Below are positions 41,891 to 56,082 of a DNA stretch of 64,000 nt, one piece after another. A program made the translations under genes and the position numbers. This DNA comes from Eledone cirrhosa. Its lineage: Eukaryota. A model generated the notes under the pieces. The model saw only the letters and a list, made by a program, of their open reading frames with translations, searched no databases and had not been told where the DNA came from. The first letter of the stretch is position 1; each line of letters starts with the position of its first letter. The DNA is taken from contig OZ024742.1 of NCBI GenBank assembly GCA_964016885.1, positions 208,816,001 through 208,880,000 of the forward strand, written 5' to 3'.

Positions 41891-42113
41891 AAATCCAAAT
41901 CTCCACTTCCGTGGTTTACCACCCGATTAATTGGTAAAATATATTTCTTTAATGGCATATATACAGGGAAGATTAATCATATTATAAGGTATCTATTTTT
42001 GAAGTTCTGGTCAACTTTATTCAGTTACCTACCTACCTATGTGTGGTTACACTCTTGTAAAAATTATCTCCTGTGATTATTCATGTTTATATATATGTTA
42101 ATCAATTTCTAGT

Positions 42114-42404
<291 letters not shown>

Positions 42405-42481
42405 AATCAAATTACAATTCAGCACATCAGTCATACTCAGAACAACTCTCTCCATCCCTTTTTCTTGACCATTATCTTTTG

Positions 42482-42606
42482 TTTACGATCTGAGTTCAAA
42501 TCCTGCCGAGGTTGACTTTGCCTTTCATCCTTGCGGGGTCGATAAAATAAAGTACCAGTAATGCACTGGGTAATTGCTGGCCTTGTGTCTAAAGTAGAAA
42601 CAATTA
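42482..42606 (+). mobile_element. 5'-truncated tRNA-derived SINE
   Basis: B box GTTCAAATCC followed by GAGGTTGACTTTGCCTTTCATCC; same family as 46361 and 61303. Confidence 0.8.
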
Positions 42607-42639
42607 CCTTTTGTTTGGCACAAAATTCTCTAAATGGCT

Positions 42640-43030
42640 ACGAAAAAAAAATTCAAAAATACGGGCGCGAAATTTAATGTACTTGTTCACGTGACAATCA
42701 TAATTTCATTTATAACCAATCAATTTACATTTCTTTAAAAAAAGCCTGCGTGAGCCAACTTTTTTTAAGTAAAGAGAAATTCAAACACAAATTGCCGCGA
42801 AAGCTGATGTGCTTATTCACGTGACTGCATGAACCAACCAAACTTCACTCATATCTGAAAAAACAACCTGAATCCCGCCCCCTTATTTTTTTAAGGCAAA
42901 TATAAGAAGAATTTTGTAACGCTAACTGGCGCTAAATTTATGATACTTATTCACCAACCAACCAAATTACTTCTCTAAAAACCTAGCATTTCGAGCCACT
43001 TTTTTCCATATAAAACAGAAGTAACATTCA
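42640..43030. repeat. Three degenerate ~125-bp tandem units
   Basis: Recurring GCGC.AAA..GATGTACTT.TTCACGTGAC...AACCAA.CAA and GAGCCA.CTTTTTT. Confidence 0.5.
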
Positions 43031-43082
43031 AACACCAACCAGATGTGATAAAAACCACAGACCATCTATCTCAATTCCACTT

Positions 43083-43935
43083 TTGAAAAGCAGAAGAACT
43101 GCGGAACCAAATAAATATATCTCCACGTCACTTGCCAATTACGTCACTACATTAAAAAACGCCTACATCAACTTCTCCACACACTGGGATATTGTCGGTA
43201 GGGCTGCACCCTACAATTTCAAGAGGAAGTGCGAGCTTTGCCTCATGGAGCTTTACTACATCATAAGAACACCCCACGAGCTCATAAACACCAGAACCGA
43301 ATCAGTCATAAACTATAAGCACCGAATGCAAGCGTCTTACTTCGGGTGGGAAGCGACTGTGGCATGAAAACTATAAACTGGGTCTCCCTGCCCAAACCAT
43401 AACACTCCGGTGGGCAGGCGGCGTAAACAAACATCTGTGAACTAAATATGCATCCCAGACCCGGCTTGAACCGGCATCAGTAAAGCAGCACCCACAAAAT
43501 AATAACGCAAAGCACCCTCATGGGAACGGGTAAAAATGCCAGTGGGACAATATTATTCAAGCACCGGCCGGAGCTGCTCCCCCTGCTCTGCAGCAATAAC
43601 AACACATGTACTTAAGCGAAATATGAATTCTGATGTGAATTTAACCTTAAAACCCCTCCTGGGTCACGTACTGATCTTTTTTTCATTTTTTTGTTTTCTA
43701 TGGCCTTGAGAAGCCCGTTCTGGCGAAACGTACGTAGGGGCATTGTTATATAAACATGTTTCAAAGGTATATACTCCTTTGTATTCATTTCTTCAGTAAC
43801 CGTTCTTCCTCGCCCACCAAATATTAACGCTTCTAATAGTTAACCTTGTAGGCACGAGTATTGAGTACATTTGCACAAACTATTGCCAACTGAATATATG
43901 TATCTCTTATCTTTCGTTTTTTATCTCTCTCGATA
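43083..43935 (+). mobile_element. PLE 3' end: GIY-YIG C-terminus plus a terminal repeat with a decayed hammerhead (43700-43743)
   Basis: TSLANYV..WDIVGRAAPYNFKRKCELCLMELYYI..LINTRTE..KHR, followed by TTGAGAA-GCC.CGTTCT.GGC-GAAACGTACGT-A. Confidence 0.8.
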
Positions 43936-43946
43936 CTTAAACATTT

Positions 43947-43999
<53 letters not shown>

Positions 44000-45532
44000 G
44001 GCATCCATATCGTTTCCGTTATCATATTTCACTCAAACGTCATTGGTCAATTTGAGTCTATATTAGAAGATATCTATTGTGCCGCATTGTGGGACTGAAC
44101 ATAAAATCTCATGGCTGGAAATTGAAATCCTTACCGATATACTCCTGTCTGCGCGTAGTTGTAAGAAATACTAGAAACCTGTTGTAGATATGGCCACAGT
44201 AGAAAATGTTACTTGTTTCTCCTGTTCTAAATTAATTTATGTAACACCTGAAACAGATCACGTTTTGAGATGCAAAATAATACACAAATTCGATACAGAA
44301 TTGTATTCGATAACGCCGTGTGACGCGTTTCGTGGGGTTAATGTGACAGTTTCTCTTTATAGAATTATATACGTGCGTCTAATGACACCATTGTTTCAGA
44401 GATCGTAATAACATTGGAAAGTATTAGTTCCCAACATGGATACACACATTTCGTATATACCCGTGAGAGTTAAAACCGTACTTTCTAGATTGCATGAATG
44501 ATACTTCTATATTTGTGAAGAATGGTTATTGGTGTTGAAGAAGATTTCTTCGCCTTACCAAATAAGACATCCCAATACAAATATTGAATTAGTCAATCTC
44601 TACCACACGCAAAGTAAATTCACGCAGTATGCCCATTTTACTCGCGCGTGCCGTTATGAATAACCTTAAAACGTATTTTAGCTGAAATAGATACGCTTTA
44701 GGACTCAGTGTTGCAATAGCAAACTGTCTTTTGATAGTAGGATTTGAAAGCAATGAATTTTACAAGTGACACAGTTTTTTTATTCCTTACAGTAGTACAC
44801 CATTAGAATCAGATGTTACATGTTTAGATGTGGTAACACGTTAGAAATGGTTACACATGCAGGCAAACAAGCATCGATAAACTTGCACAAACCAGAGAAT
44901 TCCAGAGAGGTAAACTGATAGTACTAGCTGTTATTTTATAGATTTATGTGCACCTACGTACACGCATACATGTATATAAAGCTGACTTGCTTTGTCTCTC
45001 TTTTTTTCTATCTTCCTATCTCACTGAATAATGTTGAGGACTCGTAGCTTGGGGGGAAGAAATTCCTGTAACTGAAAAACAAGAGATTTTGAAATGTGAT
45101 GTAACATTTACAATGTTGAAGATGTGCGTTCCGGAGAAGAAATACTTAGTGATGTTGGGGCTTTACATCTGAAGCAATTACGGGCGTTTGCATTGCTTCT
45201 ATTTTTCCCTATTTACACGAGTAAAATGTAATAATGTGTATCTGATATGAGCAGAATCTTTTTATCAAGCTGAAGAAGAAACGGTTTTCACGGAGGATTT
45301 TCTCGAGTTGTTGGTTCGTGCATCAATGTAAATTTGGATTGAGGTGACTGGGTTGACTGAAGATTATAATCGTTTGGGCGCACTTAGAAAGAAGCCAAGG
45401 GTGATATTATCTACGGAGACGTAGCGTTAGTATTCAGAATAACAGACTCATTGACAGATAGAAAGGAGACTGAGGGTGGGAACAAGCTGTCAATAATGGA
45501 CAACACAGTTGATAGCGTATGTATCACATGAC

Positions 45533-45574
<42 letters not shown>

Positions 45575-45740
45575 GATTAAACCAGTTTGAAAATAGTTAG
45601 ACCATTATTCAACAGAATACTCGATACTTGGGATAATAGAGTGTGACTATGACTATACTAAAAAGAGCCTGAACCCTACGGCTGAGCCCTTGCTACTTCA
45701 ACAGCTAGTTCCAGCATGGAACTGGCTGTTGAAACGGCAT
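45575..45740 (-). mobile_element. Family F hairpin-plus-tail copy
   Basis: TTCAACAGCTAGTTCCA/TGGAACTGGCTGTTGAA hairpin. The minus-strand tail resembles 36360-36420. Confidence 0.5.
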
Positions 45741-45759
45741 ATATACATATATATATATA

Positions 45760-45826
<67 letters not shown>

Positions 45827-46360
45827 TTAATTATTAAAATAACAGATTAAAGTTGAAGCAAAGAATCGCTGCTTTCACCCTTAACGGGATCTTCTGAAAA
45901 TAAAAAAGTCAATCTGTGAACGCAGAAGTAAATATTTCAAAAGAGCTTGCAATCGAAGGAAGACAGGAAGACGAAACTTTGGTTCGTGAAAAGGTTTCCT
46001 GGCAAAGAACGGAAAAAAAACGAAGATAATACGTCATTATTTGGTGCGGCGAACCAATTAGGCGGAAAGACAAAACCACGTATATGGTATAAATGAAGTC
46101 GTAGACTAATATTCTGTGAGCGCAGAAGTAAATATTTCAAAAAACCTTGCAATCGAAGCAAGACAGGAAGATGATACTTTGGTTCATGGAGACGTTCTCT
46201 GGAAATGAACGGAAAAAACGAAGATACGTCATTATAATCAGGAGAACAATTATACGCAAAGACAAAACTACGTAAATGGTATAACTAAAGTCGTAGACTA
46301 AAATTCTATTTAGGAAACCGAATGATTCTCGGCTTCAGAGTTAAGAATAAAGTAAATAAT

Positions 46361-46547
46361 TGTTTCTACTTGAGGCACAAGGCCAGCAATTACCCAGTGC
46401 ATTACTGGTTCTTTATTTTATCGACCCCGTAAGGATGAAAGGCAAAGTCAACCTCGGCGGGATTTGAACTCAGATCGTAAAGGGACGTAACTATGCTGGA
46501 AAGCATGGCGTCCGACCCTCTACCGATACTGCCAATCCACCGCCCTT
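46361..46547 (-). mobile_element. Full-length tRNA-derived SINE with a 16-bp TSD
   Basis: A box TGGCAGTATCGG, B box GTTCAAATCC. TSD GAATAAAGTAAATAAT at 46345-46360 and 46548-46563. Confidence 0.88.
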
Positions 46548-47269
46548 GAATAAAGTAAATAATAATGTAAATAATAAAGTAAATAATAATGTAAATACAT
46601 GTAATAAAGTAAATACAGAGGTAATTGAAATTAAATATATACATACACACATCCATATACGTACATTAACAAGCATACGCGAAAACACTCGCCATGGGTA
46701 TGCAAAAACAAGCACATAAACAAACAAAAAAACATGTACGCACATACAGAACCCACACAACCCATGTACCGCACACATTCGAACGTAAACACCAAATACA
46801 CATAAAAATAAATATAAAAACATATATATATATATACATGAGTGTGTGTGTGTGCGTGTATACATAATTAAATAAAAGTATATAAATATACACACATAAA
46901 TATGTATATAACGCGCGCACACACACACCCTCATGTAAATACACATATGTTCTCGGCCATACGTCAACCGAAACACAAACACACATATACACACACCCTA
47001 CATACGTACGAACCAGACGCAAAACTCACGTATACACATAACCAAATGCACATGTACCAGTATATATAATATATACGCCAATAACATATACAAGCCAATA
47101 TACGTACGAGAAAGTATACGTACCTTCACAAAACATACAGGTAATATATACTTACCTATACGAATAAGTAATGGTATTAAAATAACATATAGTTAGCTAC
47201 CACATCAAGAAATAAAATATCCGCGTATAGTTCGTACTATCCGTTAGGGTATAATGTGGGGCTGTAATA

Positions 47270-48530
47270 CAGGAAAGTTTCGTGCAATTTATGTGTACAA
47301 GCCGAAATTGCCTCAGATATTTTGTTTAAGATGTGGTCTTTGGCGTAGAGTATTTCCAGGGCCTCAGCGGCGCAAGTGTCACATAGTCTTTTATTTCCGT
47401 TATACGATCAAGCCCTAGCTAGGATCTCCCAGTGTAACTTATATATGGGTGTGGTTGTCTTTTAGACTCCAGATAAAAGCTGAAAGTGACGTCACATTCC
47501 TTCTTAAAGGGTTAAGAAAAGAATGGGTATGCATGTAAAGACGCTGCTTGAATCCATTGGCGGTTAACCCTATGTAGGCACTACGGGACGTGGGTGTTTC
47601 AACCTTACATTTGTAGACAATGTTAGTAGAGAGGCACTTCCCGGCTAGGGGGCAATCAACCCGATTCCTACAATTACCGTTAGTACTAGCTACAGGGTTG
47701 CACGTGTTCCTACGGCTAGGTAATTTAGCTAAATTTGAAGCTGTGATGTTATGTGCAAGGTTAGGAGTCGTAGAGTAAACAATTTTAATGGTATTTCTAT
47801 TAGAAATGTTACTATATTTATGTGTTGTGGGAAATGCTTCATAATAAGGGAGAGAAAGATCTTAGCTAAAGGTGTGGCCACCTCCATATTATGTGGTGGG
47901 TTATCCCGCAAAATGAAATCGGGATCTATTTTTCCTAGGTCTATTCTCGTACTCTGTATGAGCTACCTTATCGACAAATCCACTCCGAGCAAGAGCTTCA
48001 TTGTAATATGTGGAATGGTCATTGAAAATATGCTCGTTTGTAGATAGACGGGAAAGCCTCAAAGAAACGTTTCTTACCAGGTTCTTGGTCATGCTGGCAG
48101 GATGGTTAGAATGCTTACTTATGTAATTAAGCGTATCATTCGGCTTTCTATACGGGTAATACAAGCCATTCGATTATTTGAGGGTAACGTCGAGGTAATT
48201 AACAACCGAGAGGTTGGCCTCAACCTGTATAGAGAGGTTGAAGCCTTTAAAGAAGGCTGTGAGTTCTTTTCTGAACCTGTCTCAAGCACGAGGGCCGCAC
48301 TTAGTCATGGTCAAAAGACCATCATCACGGTACAAACCACCGCCCACCTTGGGGAATTCGTCCTTGATAGAGAAAAGAAGGAAAAGGCCGATAAGATCAA
48401 TATCCTCCGCAGAATCGCTGGCGCCCATACTCACGTCGAATGGGGTACTATTAGATGTTTTAATCCAAATAGAGTCGTCGAATTAATCACCGACTTACGG
48501 GCATTCAGGATGACATCAACTTCGAATCCT
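47270..48530 (-). pseudogene. PLE RT C-terminal half, linker and GIY-YIG endonuclease
   Basis: FDVSMGASDSAE.., LYRDDGL, YLDVTL, YPYRKPNDTLNYISKHSNHP, CNCRNRVDCPLAGKCLSTNIVYKC and YIGLT. Confidence 0.9.
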
Positions 48531-49508
48531 TAACCGCTGTGAGTGTTTTAGCGAAATTCATAGCTGTAAGAAGGAGCGGTAAAGTGATGAAGAAGTAGTA
48601 ATTGTTGATGTCGAATTACATACATGTGCATTTGGTAAATGTGCATGTGGTTATGTGTATATGTGAGTTTTGCGTCTGTGTGAGTATGCGGGTTCGTACG
48701 TATGTAGGGTGTGTGTATATGTGTACTTTGTGTTACGTCCGCGAACATATGTGTATTTACATGTGTTTGTGTATGTGCGCGCGTTATATACGTATTATGT
48801 GTGTATATTTATATTCGTTTATTTAATTATGTATACACGCACACACACACACACACATTTATATATATATATATGTTTTTATATTTATTTGTGTGTATTT
48901 GGTGCATACGTTCGTATGTGTGCGGTACAGGCCTTGCGTGGGTTCTGTATGTGCGTGCGTGTTTTTTTTTCTTTTTTCTTTTATGTGCTTGTTTTTGCAT
49001 ACTCATGGCGAGTGTTTTCGCGTATGCTTCTGTATGTACGTATATGGATGTGTGTATGTATATATTTAATTTCAATTACCTCTGTATTTACTTTATTACC
49101 TGTATTTACATTATTATTGACTTTATTCTTAACTCTGAAGCCGAGAATCATTCGATTTCTTAAACAGAATTTTAGTCTACGACTTCAGTTATACCATTTG
49201 CGTGGTTTTGTTTTGCGTTTAATTGTTCTCATTGCTCCACATAAGGACGTATTATCTTCGTTTTTTCCGTTCATTGCCAGAGAACGTCTGCATGAACCAC
49301 CTAATAGAATATTAGTCTCCGACTTCATCTATACACGTCTTTGCGTGTAATTGTTTTCACCGCACCAAATAATGATGTATTATATTCGTTTTATTTTCGT
49401 TCTTTGCCAGGAAACGTTTCCACGAACCAAAGTATCGTCTTCCTGTCTTCCTTCGGTTGCAACATTTTTTGAAATATTTACTTCTGCATTCACAGATTGA
49501 CTTTTTTA

Positions 49509-49557
49509 TTTTCAGAAGATCCCGTTAAGGGTGAAAGCAGCGATTCTTTGCTTAAAC
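49509..49557 (+). ncRNA. Hammerhead-like fold with a CAGAAGA core (family C); mirror copy at ~45852-45900 (minus)
   Basis: TTT-CAGAAGA-TCCC.GTTAA.GGGT-GAAAGCA..TGCT-T-AAA. Confidence 0.55.
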
Positions 49558-49666
49558 TTTAATCTGTTATTTTAATAAATATTTGCTCTACGGTTCTTAT
49601 ATATTTGATATATATTTATTCTTATTCGAGCCCTCTTTTGATTTTATTCTTCAAATGTATTATTAT

Positions 49667-49732
<66 letters not shown>

Positions 49733-49741
49733 GATATATAT

Positions 49742-52700
49742 ATGGCACCGCAGCGTGGGCCCGGTCGTCATCCTTCAACTGCAAAGAGGTTCAAACCTCT
49801 GAATATTGTATGCTGGAATGTAAGTACTTTACTTGATTCCCAGTCCAGTGAAACTCGCCCTGAAAGAAGATCTGCTTTCGTGTCGAGGGAACTCAATCGC
49901 TATAGCATGGACATCGTTGCTCTTTCAGAAACGAGAGTGGCAGGTTAGGGTCAATTCACAGAACAGAAGGGAGGATATACCTTCTATTGGACTGGTGGAG
50001 CAGAGGGTTGTAGGAGAGATGCAGGGGTCGCATTTGCTGTCAGGAATGGAATCGTCTCAAAGCTGGAAAATATTCCTTGTGGATTCACTGGTCGGATAAT
50101 GTCCATGAGAGTCCCTCTCATTCAAATACGCTTTGTGACTCTGGTCAGTTTGTACGCTCCTACTATGTGTGCCAGTGATGATGAAGAACTAAGTTTCTAT
50201 ATGTCTTTGAGAGAGGTCATCCATGGTATACCTTAAGCAGACAAGATTGTCATCCTTGGTGATGTTAATGCACGTGTTGGTAATGACTGTGCAGCTTAGA
50301 GTGTGATGGGCCGGCATTGAGTAGGTAGGTGCAATAACAATGGCCTACCTCTGTTGCAAGTGTGCACTGAGATGGATCTTTTTGTTGGGAACACGCTCTT
50401 TCAGCAGAAAGACAAACATAAGACAACTTGGATGCATCCAGGTTCCAAGATGATGTGTTTTAACCAGGAAACGTGATATCAGGGGTATCACATTGGTTCG
50501 TGTATTGCGAGGCGCGGGATGTTGGACTGACCATCGTCTGGTGCGCGCCAAATTTCAATTTGATGTGAAGCCCAAAACATGGCTCGTCTGAAAACAGAGA
50601 AAATCAGAGCTGAGCTGTCGAAGTGCTTTGACTCCATGGAATGTCAAAACACGTGGGAATCATTGAAGAAAACCGTCTCTGATGTTAGTGCTGGAGTTTT
50701 AAATCATACCAATAGAAAGCATAAAGACTGGTTCGATGAAAATGATGCAGTGATCCAGACCTTGCTTGAAGAGAAACAAAAAGTGTTGACATCATTATTG
50801 TGTGAGACACGTTCTGACAGGATTGACCGGACCTTCAGGCATGTCAAGGCACGTGTGCAACATCGATTGAGAGCCATGCAGGATACCTGGTGGAGGCAAA
50901 AGTCTGATGAAATCCTAGAAGGCCTGAGAAAGACATAATACAAAGCTCTTATACTGTCTGCTCATGGAGGTGTATGGTCCGATCGGTCCACAAATATGAC
51001 CACTTCGCTCCAGGGACGGCAAGAAATTGCTCAGAGATCCGAAGGAAATCCTGATCAGGTAGCATGACCACTTTGATGAGCTTCTCAACAGACCATCAGA
51101 AATTGATGATGAGTACATCCGGTCGATTCTGTCCACACCTACGAAACTGACAATGGCTGATCCTCCTTCATTTGATGAGGTGGCGAAGGCCATTGCCAAA
51201 TTAAACAGTGGCAAGTCACCTGGAATGGATGGACTGAGTGTCGAGATTATCAAGTGTGCTGGTGATAACTTCTTAAACTGCCTCACTGATCTCTTTGTGA
51301 ATGTTTGGTATGAAGATGTACCACATGAATGGAAAGATGCATTGATGGTGGTACTTTACAAAGGAAAGGGAGCCAAAGATTACTGTGGCAACTACAGAGG
51401 TATCTCACTGCTATCTGTGGCTGGGAAGATCTTGTGCAGGATTTTGTTGAGTCCCAATGTGGCTTTAGGAATGGCAGAGGCACTGTTGACATGATCTTCT
51501 CGGCCAAACAACGTGAAATGAATTGAGGAGCGCATGAACTTATACCAAGTTTTTGTCGATCTGACCAAGGCATTTGACACCGTTAATCGGAAGGCTTAGT
51601 GGGTTATTTTGGAGAGATTTGGCTGTCCTGAAAAGTTTGTTAACATTCTGAAACTCTACCACGATGACATGCTGGCATGGGTGAATGTTGGATGTAAAGT
51701 GTCTGAGCCAATCCCGGTTGAAAATGGTGTCAAGCAGGGTGATATACCTGCACCAACTTTGTTTGCCTTGTATTTCACAATGGTGTTCTTCATGGCCTTC
51801 AAGGATTGTCAACACGGCATCTATCGCAGATATCGCACTTTAACCTGAGGCGTCACACTGCCAACACTAAGTTACGGAGTACCTTGATCAGAGAATTTGT
51901 ATATGCAGATAATTGTGATCTCTTTGCACACTCCCAGAGTGACCTGCAACACCTTATGAATTATTTTTCCAATGCGTGCAGTGCTTTGTGACTGACAATC
52001 AGTATGAAGAAGACTGTCGTCATGTCCCAACCTGCTCCGGATATAGTTTTCAATGAACCCTCCATATACGGTCAAAAGCTGAAGGCTCCTGACATATTTG
52101 TGTATTTGGGGAGTACTCTGAATGTGGACTGCTCTCTGGATGCAGAAGTTGGTCTACGTGTTAGTAAGACAAGTGAATCATTTGGAAGGCCCAATGCCGT
52201 CTTTGGTGAAGGCGAGGAACCACAATGCGGACCGAGATGAGAGTGTATGCTGCATGTGTACTGTCAGCTTTACTGTATGCATGTGAGATATGGGTTGCCT
52301 ACAAACGGCATATCCACAGACTGGAACGGTTTCACCAGCAGTGTCTCAAAAAGATGCTCTGTGTCAAATGGTAGATGCATGTGAGTGATGCTGAGGTCCT
52401 TGAGAGAAGTGAGTGTCGGATCATTGAAAGTATCATCCACCAACAGCGTTTGCTATGGACCTCTGCAGAATGGAAGATGATCGAATCCCAAAACAATTCT
52501 TGTATGGTGAGCTTTGTAAGGGTAAGGTACCACCTCACAAGCCAAGGCTCCGATTCAAGGATTGTGTAGAGGACTCATTGAACAAAAAAGGTTTGATGAT
52601 GGCTGACTTGAAAGAGAAACTTGGCGTGGAATGGTGAATGATGGTGTACATAATTTTGAGGACAGATGCATAGAGCACGAGAAGATCAATCGGGATGTGC

Positions 52701-53030
52701 ATAAGCAATGCGCTGGAAAACCTCTCGAAACGATCGGTGTCTCCATTGAATTGAAGTGCCCTGAGTATGGAAAGATTTGCTTGAGCAAGTCTGGTCTCAG
52801 GAGCCACAGTCGCAGCCATATTCAAAGAGAGCCAGTGAACTATGATCTCCACGGTGTTGTGAGGGTTCACAGGCAACCTGATGCAACCCTCAAGCCATGG
52901 AGATCCATAGTAGTCGTCAGTGTGTGAAGGAGTGCAAGTCTCTAGCAGGCTTGAAAAGCCATATCCGAGCGTCACACATCTGAATCTGACAAGCGATTGC
53001 AATACTCTTTGCAGAGTTTGCAGTCATCAT
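49742..53030 (+). mobile_element. Near full-length, inactivated RTE-clade LINE (APE endonuclease, RT, C-terminal zinc fingers)
   Basis: IVCWNVSTL..RPERRSA..DIVALSETR, TWMHP, WTDH, GKSPGMDG, YKGKG..CGNYRGISLL, FVDLTKAFD, GVKQGDIPAPTLF, FVYADN, YLGS and RIPKQFLYGEL. Many stops and frameshifts. Inserted in (TA)n. Confidence 0.92.
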
Positions 53031-53043
53031 ATATATATATATT

Positions 53044-53086
<43 letters not shown>

Positions 53087-53089
<3 letters not shown>

Positions 53090-53950
53090 CTGGTTGTAGA
53101 TTGTGAGTTGGAGATTGGCATTGTTTTCAGTAGTTGTCATACATTTTGTTTTGGAGATGTTGATGTGTAAGTCAGCCTCCAACGAATGTTTGGCCAGTAC
53201 ATTCAGAAAGTCTTGCAGATCAGTTTTAGAGTAACTCATGATGGCCGGATACTCTGTATAGCTAAGATTTGATAGGATTTTACATCCTATTTGATAACCA
53301 GAGGAGCATTCTTCTTCTTCAATCTCCAACTCACAATCCACAACCAGCAAATTGCTCAAGTTACGAAGCTTGTATATCTCGGTCATAAACTATCATCAAA
53401 CTACAATGGAATAGTTGTTGCGCAATATCGTATCGCTCTAGGTTGGGCAGCTTTCAACCAGAACAAGGAAGTGTTAACATCAAAACGAGTTTCCTGTCAT
53501 TTGAAGGCTAAGATCTTTGATACTTACATCCTACCAGTTGTGTCATATGGTCTTGCCTGTGTTAAATGGACGACAAGGTCACTTCAGAAGCTCTCTACAT
53601 TCCAGAACCACATCATGCGATCTATGACTGACAAGCGGCTCAGCGACCGTATCTGTATCAGTGAGCTGCTCAACATTACCAAACTTAGACCAATTATATC
53701 AAGTCAAGAATACTCAAACTATACAGTCATATAAAAAGATCAACTTGTGGTGTCAGTAGGTTATGCCTGGAAGGAAGATTGGCTGGTAAGAGAAACAGAG
53801 GCCGGCAGTCAAAACGATGGCTTGACAATGTCAACTTATGGACTGGACTTGATCTTTCTTCTTTAAACTCTGCTGTTGTTGATCGAACTTTGTGGAGAGA
53901 GATATCTCATTTTAATGTGGTCTGCAACTAGCGGAGCTTAGCGTCACAAA
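53087..53950. mobile_element. 5'-truncated RTE/RTE-X-like LINE with a 5' inversion (53087-~53315 minus, 53320-53950 plus)
   Basis: Minus: DLQDFL..INISKTKCM..LQLTIYNQ. Plus: LQLTIHNQ..VYLGH..KIFDTYILPVVSYG. About 28 bp are duplicated at the breakpoint. Confidence 0.82.
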
Positions 53951-55154
53951 GAATATATATATCCGTGTGTGTGTGGTGTGTGTGTGTTGTGTGTGTGTGT
54001 GTGTGCATGCATTGACCGTAGCACTATTATAGTGTGATTCATAATACAGGTGTATATAACGGCACATACTATATATCTATGTGTTACCCCATGACTGTTT
54101 TAAGATGTGGTCATGTCACAATGATTCAGTTGACGTGAAAATGCCAGATCCGAGAGTTTCCAATTTTGTCTTTCGCAAATGATAATTAAACGCTCGAAAC
54201 TGCGGTTAGAATAGCTATAATTATACATATTTTGCATGATAAACAACGTCGGCTGTGGAAATTCCGCATTGCATAATATGGTCGCTTGAATTCTTTGGGA
54301 ACTAACACTGCGTTCTTCAGAATAGTGATGTATATGAAGACATATACAATACTATGGTTGTTTGAAGCTTGCTGAATAATAAATCCTGAAAGACTAGTGA
54401 CAATCATTATCAAAGTTGTAGATTTTGCTGTGACATTATACCGCCTCTTTCTGCCAGGAATTACCACCGGCCGATAGTATCAGCATTGGAAAGCCCAGTG
54501 GAAACAGTTTCCGGTCTTTCTGACAATCGAGTCTTTTATATATACATATATAGTTGTGTGTGTGTGTGTGTGTGTGTATGTGTGTGTGTGTGTCTGAGTA
54601 TGTGCGAGCATCTGCGTGAGTATGTGTGTGTATCTGTATGAGTGTGTGTGCGTGTGTGAGTGTGTTAAGATATTAGAGGTAACACATGTGTTATGTATGA
54701 ATGTGTATATTATTGAACACAAGTATTTTTTTTAAATATGTAAATCATGTCCGGTGGTTTTATCAATCTTATCTGACTGACATGAAGAATACAACATTTT
54801 GCATTAAAAACTATTAAGAATAATTTCCATACTTTTATCATACCAGAGAGAATCTCAGATAGCAGAATATTTGATTTATTTATTTGATTTGATTATTTCC
54901 TGTTTTTTCCTTCGTTTTCTTTTCTATGAACTTTATATGTATTTGTGTATGTGTGTGATTTGGGTAAATTGCCAGCGTCTCCAAGCGATATATCATCATC
55001 AAACTTCATATTTTTTTCCCTCACATAATAGAAAGACGTATGAAACATCACTTCCATTCAACCCAACACCTAACACATTTCCATATATTCTGTAATGTTT
55101 TTTTTTTTATCGTTACTACACACGTACATCTGTATATGCATGTATTAGGCGTAT

Positions 55155-55277
<123 letters not shown>

Positions 55278-55984
55278 CGTGCGCAATGTTTTTTTTTAGA
55301 AAGCTGTCACATTGCAAACTGGTAAAAATGGATTTTGAAAAAATAGGCAAAAATTATCAATTTTCACTATTTAGTAATTTTGGGGCTTTAAAGAACCTTT
55401 AAGAGAAATTCGAGACTTAGCTTAGCATTTACATGCAAAGATGTACAGTTCTTTGTTATGGGTATACATCTTGCTTGCGCACGTTGGTAATGTTTTATCA
55501 GCAAATTGCTGTTGAAGAATTCTTTACTGCTACTGTAAGTTCTCAATAGCTCTAGCCTCCCTAATTTCCACATACCCAATATTTCGTTTTGCGGCATGGA
55601 CACATACTTTCATTAGAGATACTCTTAATATGCATTTTATTCTAAATATTATTCCTTGACACTAATTGACTCATATTACACTACTAATTTGGGCATTGCA
55701 CAGATCACATCCATATCCTCTTATGACAGTACACAGCTAATAATTCTTAAGGAATCTAAAACTATTCCCCATTTTCTATTTATAAAATTTTTGAAACAAT
55801 ATTATTGAAGTGTAAAGTTAAAGTTTAGTCCAACGGTATTGATTTCTTTTGTGATAATTCCAATGATTTTAAATAGATTTCACAATGTTTCCTATAAGCC
55901 ACTCTATTCTACGGTGTATACATTCATACAGAGGCATGCATGCACCCCCCCCCCCACACACACACACATTCATATATATATCCC

Positions 55985-56015
<31 letters not shown>

Positions 56016-56082
56016 GGAACAAATTAAATTTCATTTCCCACTCTTAGTACGGCTGATACTTAAATATACTAAATATATATAT

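Larger units (their letters stand above)
45832..49577 (-). mobile_element. Penelope-like element with ~1-kb inverted terminal arms (45832-47057 and 48620-49577)
   Basis: The arms are reverse complements and enclose a PLE RT/EN pseudogene. Confidence 0.85.

Noticed and set aside
44990-45520. Possible further PLE linker remnant on the minus strand
   Set aside because: Too degenerate to support beyond one Cys-rich hint.
46440-46547. tRNA gene
   Set aside because: A and B boxes are present but they are part of a SINE head with a TSD; no cloverleaf.
54186-54520. 93-aa minus-strand ORF in unique sequence
   Set aside because: No recognisable homology or motif.
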